This document shows, in pieces, positions 29,052-39,269 of a stretch of DNA of 64,000 bases. Position 1 is the stretch's first letter. Each line of letters starts with the position of its first letter. Origin of the DNA: Parachlamydiales bacterium. GTDB taxonomy: Bacteria; Chlamydiota; Chlamydiia; Chlamydiales; Rhabdochlamydiaceae. The notes beneath the pieces were generated by a model. The model ran no database searches and was not told where the DNA came from. It saw only the letters and a program-made list of their open reading frames with translations. The stretch is taken from the NCBI GenBank assembly GCA_963705295.1, contig OY970065.1:192001-256000 (forward strand), given 5' to 3'. Position numbers and translations under genes: made by a program.

Positions 29052-30593
29052 ATGAGCAATAAGGCATTTGGCGCGTTTCGTGCCTTTCTTTGGCCTGTCT
29101 ACAGAGATGAATATCGAAAATTCATCCCGATGTTAATCATTTCTTTTTTAATATGTTTTAATTATTACCTTCTTCGCATCGCAAAAGACGCTATGCTCAT
29201 TACGGCCCCAGAATCGGGAGCCGAGGCGATTCCTTTCATCAAAGTTTGGGCTATTTTGCCGACGGCTTTCTTGATGACCTTTATTTTCACTCGGTTTTCG
29301 AATTGGATGACACGGCGGACCATTTTTTATGCCATGATTTGGTTCTATATTGCTTATTTTGTGGTCTTTACACTTTTTCTGTATCCGAATCGAGATTTTC
29401 TCCATCCTCACGCTTTTGCGGACTCGTTAGAAGCTTTTTTACCAAAAGGATGTCGAGGATTTGTAGCTTTGATTCGAAATTGGACCTTTACATCGTTTTA
29501 CGTGATGTCGGAAATGTGGAGCACCATGATCATGACAGTCCTTTTTTGGGGGTTTGCCAACGACGTCACCTCTGTAAAAGACGCAAAAAGGTTTTATGGT
29601 CTTTTTGGTGTAGGGACAAATCTTTCGGGCGTATTTGCAGGTCTTATTGCCGCGAGCCTATCAACCCATATTTTTAATCCTTCTCTCCCCTTTGGAAAAA
29701 CGGCGTGGGATCAATCGGTCACTTTCATGAATTTGATCGTGATCGGGACAAGTCTCGCCTGTATGGGACTTTATTGGTGGCTGAACCGCAGGGGGTTGGG
29801 ATATACCGATGAAATTTTAAAAGCCCACCGGGAAGCACCTGTAAAAATGGGCATGCGTAAAAACTTTGCTTACCTTGCCAAATCAAAATATCTTCTCTGT
29901 ATTGCGATTCTTGTCATCACGTTCAATATCGTCATTAACTTAGCCGAAGTTGTGTGGAAGGATCAGGTTAAAAATCTCTACCCCAATCCTGCAGAATTTA
30001 ATGCGTATATGGCGGGTGTTAATTTCTGGATCGCTATCATTGCCGCTTTTATATCGTTATTTATCTCAGGGAATGTCATCAGAGCCTTGGGATGGACTAA
30101 AAGTGCTTTGATTTCGCCTATTTTGACCTTTGTAACCGGGGTTCTCTTCTTCGCAGCTTTGATGATTCCTAAAGAAACACTGCTTGGTATTTGTGTAGCC
30201 CTTGGGACATCACCCATCGCACTGGCTGTCTTCCTAGGATCGCTCCAAAATTGCATTGTAAGAGGGACAAAATACAGCCTTGTCGATTCGACGAAGGAAC
30301 TTGCCTTTGTCCCTCTAAGTCAAGAATCGAAACTAAAAGGAAAAGCTGCCATTGACGGCGTTGGATCACGTCTTGGAAAATCAGGAGGATCTTTACTGTA
30401 TCAATTCCTTCTCATTTCGTTCGGTTCCATCGTCGGAAGTATCCCCGTCGTCGCTCTGCTCTTGCTGGGTTCCATTGGTGCATGGATACTAGCCGTTAAG
30501 GCGCTCGGGAAAAAATTCCATAACCTCACGTCTGAACAACAAGCCCTTTCCGAAGAACCCCAAGCCACCAAACCCGCCCTAACAGAAGCTTAA
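29052..30593 (+). CDS. Nucleotide transporter (NTT/TLC ATP/ADP translocase family)
   Basis: SGAEAIPFIKVW, FWGFAN, AKRFY, KGKAAIDGVGSRLGKSGG; start 29052 chosen because it lies downstream of the promoter and has GGAG. Confidence 0.92.
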   Translation: MSNKAFGAFRAFLWPVYRDEYRKFIPMLIISFLICFNYYLLRIAKDAMLITAPESGAEAIPFIKVWAILPTAFLMTFIFTRFSNWMTRRTIFYAMIWFYIAYFVVFTLFLYPNRDFLHPHAFADSLEAFLPKGCRGFVALIRNWTFTSFYVMSEMWSTMIMTVLFWGFANDVTSVKDAKRFYGLFGVGTNLSGVFAGLIAASLSTHIFNPSLPFGKTAWDQSVTFMNLIVIGTSLACMGLYWWLNRRGLGYTDEILKAHREAPVKMGMRKNFAYLAKSKYLLCIAILVITFNIVINLAEVVWKDQVKNLYPNPAEFNAYMAGVNFWIAIIAAFISLFISGNVIRALGWTKSALISPILTFVTGVLFFAALMIPKETLLGICVALGTSPIALAVFLGSLQNCIVRGTKYSLVDSTKELAFVPLSQESKLKGKAAIDGVGSRLGKSGGSLLYQFLLISFGSIVGSIPVVALLLLGSIGAWILAVKALGKKFHNLTSEQQALSEEPQATKPALTEA

Positions 30594-30604
30594 ATCTTAA
30601 CTCT

Positions 30605-30937
30605 TTAGGCTGCGTCGCGGCTGAGTTGATCGATATCTTTTAAAGCTTTTTGAAGTCTTTTGTCATCCACCTTCTCAATCGCATCGAAATCGTTGACGAT
30701 ATTCCGAATATCTTGGGTCACTTTGGATGGAACTTTCTGTTCATTTGGATAAAGTTTTTTCAAGTAATTTTCAATGTAGACCTTACAATTAGTAAACGCA
30801 GCTGCATACGCCGCGATAAACTTTAATTTACCCTGCTCATCTTGTGTATTATTCCACTGTTTCCATTGCTTAATCATCTCTTGAACCGCGGTTCTTGCTG
30901 CGGCAAGATTAGCCTCGATATACTTATTTGTAGACAT
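30605..30937 (-). CDS. Hypothetical helical protein
   Basis: 110-aa ORF with GGGGAG SD. Confidence 0.65.
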   Translation of the reverse strand: MSTNKYIEANLAAARTAVQEMIKQWKQWNNTQDEQGKLKFIAAYAAAFTNCKVYIENYLKKLYPNEQKVPSKVTQDIRNIVNDFDAIEKVDDKRLQKALKDIDQLSRDAA

Positions 30938-30979
30938 AACTCCCCCTAAAGATTATATTAATAGTAATACTTTAATTTA

Positions 30980-31417
30980 TCAAACAATTAAATTTGCGAA
31001 AATAAAACCTATTATAAATACTAAGGCTGAGAGTAATAGGATTGATTTTCGGGTCATTTGCGTAAAAACAGCCCAGGCAGCTGCAAGCATCACAAGATCA
31101 ACAGCCAGGGTCACCCCCCTAGGGAAAACAACGACACCCAGGCACGAACAGGGGACCCCAAAGATCGTGCTATAAAAAGAGTAACCCCCCCAAGCGGACA
31201 AAACCAAGATAATCAATCCCCAAACCTTCCAATTTCTTGAAAAGAATAAGAGAATGAGGCCAAGGAGAATCTCTGAAATTCCTATAGTTAGGTAGAAACC
31301 GTTTTGATCCGGCAAAGGATAGATCATCTTTATAAGGGCTGCAACAAACAAAATAGTAGCAATTATTACAGAAATTGAAATTCTAATTCGGGGAACACCA
31401 AAGATGGTTCTATTCAT
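30980..31417 (-). CDS. MauE/DoxX-like membrane protein
   Basis: Several TM helices, AALIK, EILLG and PCSCLG (compare the CGCFG motif of MauE); start 31417 avoids overlap with dedA. Confidence 0.6.
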   Translation of the reverse strand: MNRTIFGVPRIRISISVIIATILFVAALIKMIYPLPDQNGFYLTIGISEILLGLILLFFSRNWKVWGLIILVLSAWGGYSFYSTIFGVPCSCLGVVVFPRGVTLAVDLVMLAAAWAVFTQMTRKSILLLSALVFIIGFIFANLIV

Positions 31418-31495
31418 AACTTCATTTTTGCAGATTAATTTTTTTAAAAAAATTATTATTTTCTTTTTTTTAAAGATTGGGAGTAAACTGGAGGG

Positions 31496-32119
31496 ATGGA
31501 AGCTTTGATAGAATGGGTGTTGAAACACGCGCAGCATGCTCATTGGTATGTATTTGGAGCTATTTTGCTAGCCGGCTTCAATATTCCGATCAGTGCCGAC
31601 ATCCTCATCGTATGTGCCAGCTTTCTTGCGGCTAGCGTGATACCCGAGCATTTATGGCACCTCTATTTTGCCGTTTTTTTCGGGTGTTACTTCTCGGCTT
31701 GGATTGCTTATTGGTTCGGTCGTTTATTGGGGAAGAAGTTTTATCAATTCAAATGGTTCTCGAGGTTTTTCCCCCCTCAGAAATTGGATAAAATTCAGCA
31801 ATTTTATAGCAGGCATGGACTTTTGACCCTTCTTTTAGGAAGATTTATCCCTTTTGGCGTCCGCAATTGCATTTTTATGTCGAGTGGTATGAGTCGGTTT
31901 TCCTTTCTCAAATTTGCGATCTGGGACTTTTTCGCCTGCTCAATGTGGACGGGAATTTCGTTTTACACTTTTTTGACTTTGGGGCATCATTATCAAGAGC
32001 TTTTCTCTCACTTGAAAGTCATTAATATTTTGATTTTCCTGGGTTTCGGTTTGGCTGTAATTGGATTTATTTGGTATAAGCATAGGAAAAAAGCATCTAT
32101 AAAAAATACAAATGTTTAA
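31496..32119 (+). CDS. dedA: DedA-family membrane protein
   Basis: AYWFGR, GRFIPFGVR, SGMSR motifs. Confidence 0.85.
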   Translation: MEALIEWVLKHAQHAHWYVFGAILLAGFNIPISADILIVCASFLAASVIPEHLWHLYFAVFFGCYFSAWIAYWFGRLLGKKFYQFKWFSRFFPPQKLDKIQQFYSRHGLLTLLLGRFIPFGVRNCIFMSSGMSRFSFLKFAIWDFFACSMWTGISFYTFLTLGHHYQELFSHLKVINILIFLGFGLAVIGFIWYKHRKKASIKNTNV

Positions 32120-32615
32120 TCTTTCTAATAGTTTATCACTTCTACGAGCTCCTTTGGCCCTTCTCTTTTTATTTGAGAATACCACGGTGCGGCTCATTGC
32201 TATCTTTTTAGCCATGTTAACCGATAGTGTCGATGGGTATCTTGCTCGAAGATCCCGCACGGCAACCCGCTTTGGTGCCGTCTTGGATCCGGCCATGGAC
32301 AAATTTTTTGTCGTCTTTTGTCTCTGTGTCCTCCTTTCAGAAAACCGGCTAGAACTTGGGCAAGGTTTGATGATGATTTCCAGAGATTTTGCCCTCTGCC
32401 TCTTTGGGTTGTATCTCAGCCTTTCTGGGCTTTGGCAGAGTTACCAGTTCCGAGCGATTCGCTGGGGAAAAATCACCACGGCTCTTCAGTTTCTTGTCCT
32501 GATCGCCGTCACCTTAGGCTATCAACTGCCATGGCATCTCTATTCCCTCTTTGTTCTCTTTGCACTCCTTGCTTTGATAGAGCTGTTTAAATTTAAGAAA
32601 TCTGCCTTAACGTAG
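32112..32615 (+). CDS. pgsA: CDP-alcohol phosphatidyltransferase (PgsA-like)
   Basis: TDSVDGYLARR....FGAVLDPAMDK signature. Confidence 0.85.
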   Translation: MFNLSNSLSLLRAPLALLFLFENTTVRLIAIFLAMLTDSVDGYLARRSRTATRFGAVLDPAMDKFFVVFCLCVLLSENRLELGQGLMMISRDFALCLFGLYLSLSGLWQSYQFRAIRWGKITTALQFLVLIAVTLGYQLPWHLYSLFVLFALLALIELFKFKKSALT

Positions 32616-33579
32616 GAAGGGCTAAGGGGATATCCATTGCCTGCAGCTCTGTTTGGATGGCAAGGAGAAGATCTTGTTGAAACCGATTGAATAAGGTCAA
32701 ATCGAGGATATTTGAAAACGCTTCAATCTCGATTTCGCAGGCATAATCTCCAAACGAATGTAAATAGACGTGGATCGGATATTCAGCATCAACCCCTGGA
32801 AACCGACTAATCAACTCTCGAATTTTCTTAACGACATCGGAGATTTTTCCCACTTCGCTTAAGGGAATTCTTATCTTCTGTTTAATACGGCGCCTCGTGA
32901 TGCGAGAGATATTCGTAACGAGCATCGTTGAAAAAAAGTTATTGGGGAGATAAACAGCCCTCTTTTCCGTGTCTCGGATCGAGGTTCGAAACCACCCTAT
33001 TTCCTCTATGATGCCTTCGAGATTTTTCTCGGGAAGATGGATCTGGTCGCCTTTCACAAAGGGACGGGTAATATGGAGCATGATTCCACTACAGAAGTTC
33101 GCCATGACGTCTTTTCCTGCAAAACCGAGTGATGCCGCCCCAATACTACCAAAAGCAAGAAGGGGTGCCGTATTGACACCGAAGATTTGCATGATGATCA
33201 AGGCCGTAATCACTCCCATCGCTAAGGTCACGAGCCGCCCAATCATCTGGACCGTCGTGATATCGACCTTTTTGGTCTGAAGATTTTTTTCGATCTCGGT
33301 TTTCCAACGGAAAAACAACCATAAAAAAGCCCCTATTACAACCGTCTTTCTCAGTGCACTCAAGTAGTTTAGAATGATGGATAGTCCCCATCGATGACCG
33401 AGAAGATCGACAAAATAAAGAAAGCCGAGCGCCCAAATCAGGGATGTCAGCGGAGGCATACAGATCTTTCCAATGCGTGATTGGGTATGTGTTATGATTT
33501 TTTTTAACCCATATTGAAGGGCCCCTAAAACCCCGAATCCGACTAGAGCTTCTATCCACCAGAGAAAATTTGAATCCAT
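32593..33579 (-). CDS. mscS: Small-conductance mechanosensitive channel (MscS family)
   Basis: LGFAGKDVMANF..G, RPFVKGD, GIIEEIGWFRT, LPNN; start probably 33579. Confidence 0.85.
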   Translation of the reverse strand: MDSNFLWWIEALVGFGVLGALQYGLKKIITHTQSRIGKICMPPLTSLIWALGFLYFVDLLGHRWGLSIILNYLSALRKTVVIGAFLWLFFRWKTEIEKNLQTKKVDITTVQMIGRLVTLAMGVITALIIMQIFGVNTAPLLAFGSIGAASLGFAGKDVMANFCSGIMLHITRPFVKGDQIHLPEKNLEGIIEEIGWFRTSIRDTEKRAVYLPNNFFSTMLVTNISRITRRRIKQKIRIPLSEVGKISDVVKKIRELISRFPGVDAEYPIHVYLHSFGDYACEIEIEAFSNILDLTLFNRFQQDLLLAIQTELQAMDIPLALPTLRQIS

Positions 33580-33633
33580 AACATATATGATACCCGAAAT
33601 TGTGGTAGAATTCAAAAGACAATAAAACTTAAT

Positions 33634-34665
33634 ATGATTATTTTAGGAGACATGATGAATTTTACGCGTGAGTCGATTTTTGTCGGGGCTTTACGTTCTT
33701 TTTGTGTGTCGATCGGTGTGATTTTGGGATTAGCCATTGGGGTAGGGATCGTCGTTTTAGGTGTTTCTTTCATTGTTGGGCCGCAATATCTTCCTCCGAA
33801 ATCTCAGCCCATCATCATGCCAGATGCCCATGGGGAAAGAACGGTCCTTCCTGGAAATGCACCGGCTATTTTAAGAATCGATTTTCATGGTGTCATCGGT
33901 ATGGGCGATCTAACAGCCGATAAAATAAGAAATATTCTTTTGGATTCGAGAGAAGATCTTCTTAAAGGGAATCGAGTGAAGGGTGTCCTTCTCCATATGA
34001 ATACCCCTGGGGGTGCTTCGGATGATTCGGATGAAATCTACCGGGCTCTTCTCGATTACAAAGCGAAATATAATGTCCCTATTTATGTCTATGTCGATGG
34101 ACTTTGTGCTTCGGGGGGAATGTACATCTCTTGTGCTGCGGATAAAATCTATGCGAGCCCATCGAGTGTGATTGGATCGGTTGGTGTGATCATGGGACCA
34201 ACTTTCAATTTTTCTGAAGCCATGTCAAAATTTGGAGTAGGCGCTCTTACCATTACGGAAGGTAAAGATAAAGATACTCTAAACCCCTTTAGACCGTGGA
34301 AACCCGATGAAGATGCGTCCATCAGGCCCATCATCGTGGCCCTTTATGACCGATTTGTTTCGATTGTTGCTTCAGCACGGCCACTACTCACTCGGGAAAA
34401 GTTGGTGAATGAATATGGAGCGCATGTCTTCATTGCAAAACAGGCTGAAGAACTTGGGTACATCGATAAAGCCTGTGTCGATTATACCCGAACACTCCAA
34501 GCTCTTACTCTAGAAGCAAAAATTGGAGAGAAAGAAAAATACCAAGTGGTTCAACTGGTTCCACCTCACCCCTTCTTCACTGGATTGACCCAATCGATAG
34601 CCCCTCAAAAACTCCTTCAACCCCTAGCTCTAAGCGGAAAATTACTTTATTTATACCAGCCCTAA
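33634..34665 (+). CDS. sohB: S49 peptidase (SppA/SohB-like)
   Basis: MNTPGG, CASGGMYIS, IGSVGV, GKDKD. Confidence 0.8.
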   Translation: MIILGDMMNFTRESIFVGALRSFCVSIGVILGLAIGVGIVVLGVSFIVGPQYLPPKSQPIIMPDAHGERTVLPGNAPAILRIDFHGVIGMGDLTADKIRNILLDSREDLLKGNRVKGVLLHMNTPGGASDDSDEIYRALLDYKAKYNVPIYVYVDGLCASGGMYISCAADKIYASPSSVIGSVGVIMGPTFNFSEAMSKFGVGALTITEGKDKDTLNPFRPWKPDEDASIRPIIVALYDRFVSIVASARPLLTREKLVNEYGAHVFIAKQAEELGYIDKACVDYTRTLQALTLEAKIGEKEKYQVVQLVPPHPFFTGLTQSIAPQKLLQPLALSGKLLYLYQP

Positions 34666-34672
34666 ATAATCT

Positions 34673-37327
34673 GTGAAAGAACTCTACATTGTCGATGCTG
34701 TGAATTTTCTATTCCGGTCGTATTATGCGATTGGCCCTATGACCAACCAAAAAGGAGAGTCGACCAATGCTCTTTTTGGATTCATTCGGACGATATACAA
34801 ATTAATTGCCGATTTTTCTCCCGATTTTCTCGTTGCCGTTTTTGATGGACCCGAAAGCAAAGCAAAACGGACGGAAATGTACGCCGATTACAAAATCCAT
34901 CGAAAAGAGATGCCTGAAGATCTTTATACACAACTTGGAAGAGCTCTTTATTGGTGTGAAATCGCTGGAATACCGTTTTTATCAATTCCAGGTGTCGAGG
35001 CCGATGATACGATTGGGAGTATCGCCAAGTGGGTAGAAAAGCAAGGGATCAAGGTTTTTATCTGCAGTAGTGATAAAGATCTCTGCCAACTGGTCGATGA
35101 CCATATTTTCATGATTCAACCTCATAAGGAAAATCTCCTGGTCGATCAGAATAAGGTGAAAGAGATTTATGGAGTGACTCCAGAGCAAATCGTCGATTAT
35201 TTGGCGATTGTGGGCGATGCCTCGGATAATATTCCTGGCTTGGAAGGATTTGGACCTAAAACAGCCGCTGCTCTCCTGCAAGAATTTGGCACTTTAGATA
35301 CTATTTTGGCGAATCCGGATAAGATCCCAGGTGCGAAAAAGCAAGAAGTTGTCCGTCGGGATAAAGAAATTGCTCTCTTGAGTCGAAGATTGGCTCAGCT
35401 AGACCTCAACGTCGCCTTTCCTGAAGATGAGACTTTTTTCCATCTTAAAGCGCCTGATCTTGAAAAAGTAAAAGAGTTTTACATTGAGATGAACTTCATG
35501 TCTCTTCTCAAACAGTTAGAAATCCCAGCCGCTGCACCGAAAGTTGAACCTGAGGTGCCTGAAAAAATCGATTATCAACTGATCAACGATCTCGAATCGC
35601 TCGATCAACTCATGAAAACCGTGCGCGCACAAAAGGAGGTTTGTCTCGATGTCGAAACAACCGATCTTCATCCGATGCTGGCAAAACTTGTTGGAATTGG
35701 GTTTTCTATAGAGTCAGGCGCAGCCTGGTATCTCCCTTTAAATGGAGCCATTCCCCGAGAGATCATTCTGGAAAAGCTCCGGCACTTGCTGATGCACGGC
35801 TCGTATTATGGACATAATATCAAATATGACATCCATGTTCTTATGAACGAAGATCTTCCAGAGCCTTCCATTGCTTTTGATACAATTCTCGCGTCCTACC
35901 TTTTAAATCCTCACAAACCCAAACATGGACTCGACCACGTAGTTTTAGAAAGATTTTTCAAGGTAAAAATTCCGATCGAAGATCTCATTGGAAAAGGAAA
36001 AAAACAAATCTCAATGCAAGATGTCCCTTTACCTCAGATAACAGAATATTGTTGTCAAGATGTCGATTATACCGTTCGACTTAAAGATGTTTTTGAGAAA
36101 GAACTGAAAGAGCAACACTTAATGTCGATTTTAAAAGAGATCGAACTTCCCTTAGTTCCCGTTCTCATAGCCATGGAAAGGCGGGGAATTTTCGTCGATC
36201 TAGAATTTTTGAAAAAAATGTCCGAAGAACTTGCCCATGAAATTGCAAAAATCGAAAAAGAAATCTACGCCTTGGCTGGGGAACATTTTAATATCAACTC
36301 TCCCAAACAACTGAGTCAGATTCTCTTCGAAAAAATGGGAATCCATCCACCGAAGAAAATTGCAACAGGGTTTTCTACGAGTGCAGACGTCTTGGAAAAA
36401 CTGCAAGATGAAGCTCCTATTGTCAGAAACATTTTAGAGTACAGGACGCTGGAAAAACTCCGCTCCACCTATGTCGATGCATTTCCTCATGAAATTCATC
36501 CAAAGACCCACCGGATCCACACAACTTTCAATCAATCGGTGACAGCCACAGGAAGACTCTCGTGCCAAGATCCGAATCTACAAAATATTCCGATTCGGTC
36601 TCCCATGGGAAGAAAAATTCGACAAGCCTTTAAACCGCAAGAAAAAGATTTTAGTTTTTTAGCGGCCGATTATTCGCAAATTGAACTTCGACTTCTTGCA
36701 CATCTAAGTGAAGATCCGATTCTCATCAAAGCTTTCAACGAAGGGGAAGACATCCACGCGTTCACTGCTTCTCTGGTCTTTGATGTTCCTCTCAATGAGG
36801 TCACGGATGAAATGCGGCATAAAGCAAAAGCTGTCAATTTTGGAATTCTCTATGGACAACAAGCTTTTGGACTCTCTCAAGGGTTGAATATTGATTACAG
36901 GGAAGCTGCCACTTTTATCGAAAAATATTTTCAAAGATACAAGCGAGTCAAGGAATTTCTTGAATTTTGCAAAGAGAGTGTCCGAAAAACGGGGCGTGCT
37001 GTGACGATGACGGGAAGACAGCGACCCATCCCGGATATTGTCTCCAAAAATCCGATACTCCGTGCTGCAGCCGAAAGGCTTGCGATCAATACCCCCCTGC
37101 AAGGCACTGCAGCAGATCTGATCAAAATTGCAATGATTCAGATCCACCCCGCGTGCTTTCCGGCTTATCTGCTCTTGCAGATTCACGACGAACTTCTTTT
37201 TGAAGGTCCTGATGCGTATATGGGACAGCTTTCAACTAAAGTTAAGAGTATGATGGAAAACGTCATGCAACTCAAAGTCCCCCTCGAAGTCGACATTTCC
37301 ATTGGAAAAAATTGGGGAGAATGTTAA
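34673..37327 (+). CDS. polA: DNA polymerase I
   Basis: EADD and GDASDNIPG (5' nuclease); DVETT (3' exonuclease); ADYSQIELR, AKAVNFGILYG, QIHDEL. Confidence 0.97.
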   Translation: MKELYIVDAVNFLFRSYYAIGPMTNQKGESTNALFGFIRTIYKLIADFSPDFLVAVFDGPESKAKRTEMYADYKIHRKEMPEDLYTQLGRALYWCEIAGIPFLSIPGVEADDTIGSIAKWVEKQGIKVFICSSDKDLCQLVDDHIFMIQPHKENLLVDQNKVKEIYGVTPEQIVDYLAIVGDASDNIPGLEGFGPKTAAALLQEFGTLDTILANPDKIPGAKKQEVVRRDKEIALLSRRLAQLDLNVAFPEDETFFHLKAPDLEKVKEFYIEMNFMSLLKQLEIPAAAPKVEPEVPEKIDYQLINDLESLDQLMKTVRAQKEVCLDVETTDLHPMLAKLVGIGFSIESGAAWYLPLNGAIPREIILEKLRHLLMHGSYYGHNIKYDIHVLMNEDLPEPSIAFDTILASYLLNPHKPKHGLDHVVLERFFKVKIPIEDLIGKGKKQISMQDVPLPQITEYCCQDVDYTVRLKDVFEKELKEQHLMSILKEIELPLVPVLIAMERRGIFVDLEFLKKMSEELAHEIAKIEKEIYALAGEHFNINSPKQLSQILFEKMGIHPPKKIATGFSTSADVLEKLQDEAPIVRNILEYRTLEKLRSTYVDAFPHEIHPKTHRIHTTFNQSVTATGRLSCQDPNLQNIPIRSPMGRKIRQAFKPQEKDFSFLAADYSQIELRLLAHLSEDPILIKAFNEGEDIHAFTASLVFDVPLNEVTDEMRHKAKAVNFGILYGQQAFGLSQGLNIDYREAATFIEKYFQRYKRVKEFLEFCKESVRKTGRAVTMTGRQRPIPDIVSKNPILRAAAERLAINTPLQGTAADLIKIAMIQIHPACFPAYLLLQIHDELLFEGPDAYMGQLSTKVKSMMENVMQLKVPLEVDISIGKNWGEC

Positions 37328-37905
37328 GTTTGAGAAAAATAGCTATAACAGGCGGTCTTGCAGCTGGCAAATCGACCGTGTGCCGTATTCTCCAAGAAGA
37401 GTATAGTGCTTTTGTCATTGATGCCGATAAAATTGTACATCAATTGTTATCTCCTCATACGGAAGTCGGACAAAAGGTTATCCATCTTCTAGGTCATGAA
37501 ATTGTAGCCGGAAATCAAATCGATAGGAAAAAAATTTCAAATATTGTGTTTTCAGATCCCAAAAAATTAGATGCTTTAGAATCCATTTTACACCCTGCTG
37601 TTAGAGAGGAAATCGAACGCGAGTTCAACCAGGTGAAGTCAAAACCATCTTACCGGTTTTTTGTCGCTGAAATTCCTCTTCTTTACGAGGCCAAAATGGA
37701 ACATGAGTTTGATACCGTGATAGCCGTGATTGCAGATGAGAGGTACGCCTCTCCTGACGATTTTGAAAAGCGGCTGTCTCGGCAATTACCATCCCATACA
37801 AAGGCCCAGAAAGCCGACTTTGTGATTCAGAATAATGGAGATTTAACCAGTTTAAGATCAGCGATCCAATCTATCGTGGATCAGTTGCAAAAGGAGAATC
37901 AATGA
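37321..37905 (+). CDS. coaE: Dephospho-CoA kinase
   Basis: [28 protein letters not shown]. Confidence 0.92.
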   Translation: MLSLRKIAITGGLAAGKSTVCRILQEEYSAFVIDADKIVHQLLSPHTEVGQKVIHLLGHEIVAGNQIDRKKISNIVFSDPKKLDALESILHPAVREEIEREFNQVKSKPSYRFFVAEIPLLYEAKMEHEFDTVIAVIADERYASPDDFEKRLSRQLPSHTKAQKADFVIQNNGDLTSLRSAIQSIVDQLQKENQ

Positions 37906-39233
37906 ACCCAGAAGACACGACTTCCATGACATCGGAACAACCTACCCGAGGACCCGAACAAGAGCCAGTACCTGGCCAAATTACAAAAATTGCCGATCTC
38001 CAGCGGATGAACGTTGATCAACTCAATGTTATCGCAAGAGATATGGGTCTGAAACATCTCGGATCTCTCCCAAAATCTCAACTTGTTTTTGAAATCGTTA
38101 AAGCCAAGGCCGAACATCCCACGGAAATTTTAGTAGGAGAAGGTGTTTTAGAAGTCCTTCCTGATGGTTTTGGATTTCTCCGCTCGCCTAACTATAACTA
38201 TCTCCCCTCTGCCGAGGATATCTATGTTTCCCCTGCTCAAATCCGTCGGTTTGATCTCAAGAAAGGAGACACCGTTTATGGGACGATCCGATCACCCAAA
38301 GAGAAAGAAAAATATTTTGCGCTACTGAAAGTCGATAAAATTAATGGACGGCCTCCCGAAGAAGCCAGAGAAAGGATCTTATTTGAAAACCTGACTCCCC
38401 TTTATCCCGACAAACGTCTTGTAATGGAGACATCGAAGGAAAAACTCACGACCCGTATCATGGATCTCATTGCTCCTATCGGAAAAGGGCAGCGTGGTCT
38501 GATCGTGGCTCCTCCTCGCTCGGGGAAAACCGTCATCTTGCAGAGCATTGCCAATGCGATCACGACAAATAATCCTGACGTCGTTCTCATCGTGCTTCTG
38601 ATCGATGAACGTCCTGAAGAAGTCACCGACATGAGCCGTAGCGTTAAAGGCGAGGTGATCTCTTCAACCTTTGACGAACCTCCTGAAAGACACGTTCAAA
38701 TCGCTGAGATGGCCATTGAAAAAGCACGCCGCCTTGTCGAGTACCACCATGACGTTGTTATTCTGCTCGATTCTTTAACCCGTCTCGCCCGTGCTTACAA
38801 TACGGTGCAACCTCACTCAGGAAAAATCTTAACAGGTGGTGTCGATGCCAATGCCCTTCACAAACCGAAGCGCTTTTTTGGAGCAGCTCGCAATGTGGAA
38901 GAAGGTGGATCCCTCACGATCATTGCAACGGCGCTCATTGAAACGGGCTCTCGCATGGACGAGGTCATCTTTGAAGAGTTTAAAGGAACGGGCAACATGG
39001 AACTCGTCCTTGACAGACGTCTCGCAGATCGGCGTATTTATCCTCCTATCGATCCGATCAAGAGTGGAACCCGCAAAGAAGAATTGCTTTTCCATCCTGA
39101 GGAGCTCGAAAAAATTCACCTCATGCGTGGAGGGCTGGGCGATCTTTCGCCTCTCGATGCGATTCCTTTATTAAGCGGAAGAATCAAAAAAACAAACAAT
39201 AATATCGAATTTTTACTCTCATTAAAGGATTAG
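37902..39233 (+). CDS. rho: Transcription termination factor Rho
   Basis: [44 protein letters not shown]. Confidence 0.97.
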   Translation: MNPEDTTSMTSEQPTRGPEQEPVPGQITKIADLQRMNVDQLNVIARDMGLKHLGSLPKSQLVFEIVKAKAEHPTEILVGEGVLEVLPDGFGFLRSPNYNYLPSAEDIYVSPAQIRRFDLKKGDTVYGTIRSPKEKEKYFALLKVDKINGRPPEEARERILFENLTPLYPDKRLVMETSKEKLTTRIMDLIAPIGKGQRGLIVAPPRSGKTVILQSIANAITTNNPDVVLIVLLIDERPEEVTDMSRSVKGEVISSTFDEPPERHVQIAEMAIEKARRLVEYHHDVVILLDSLTRLARAYNTVQPHSGKILTGGVDANALHKPKRFFGAARNVEEGGSLTIIATALIETGSRMDEVIFEEFKGTGNMELVLDRRLADRRIYPPIDPIKSGTRKEELLFHPEELEKIHLMRGGLGDLSPLDAIPLLSGRIKKTNNNIEFLLSLKD

Positions 39234-39269
39234 GTTTCTTTTAAATCTTATTCTTTATACCATGATAGT

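Noticed and set aside
31418..31543. Long N-terminal extension of the MauE-like ORF
   Set aside because: It overlaps the dedA start and an A/T-run intergenic region.
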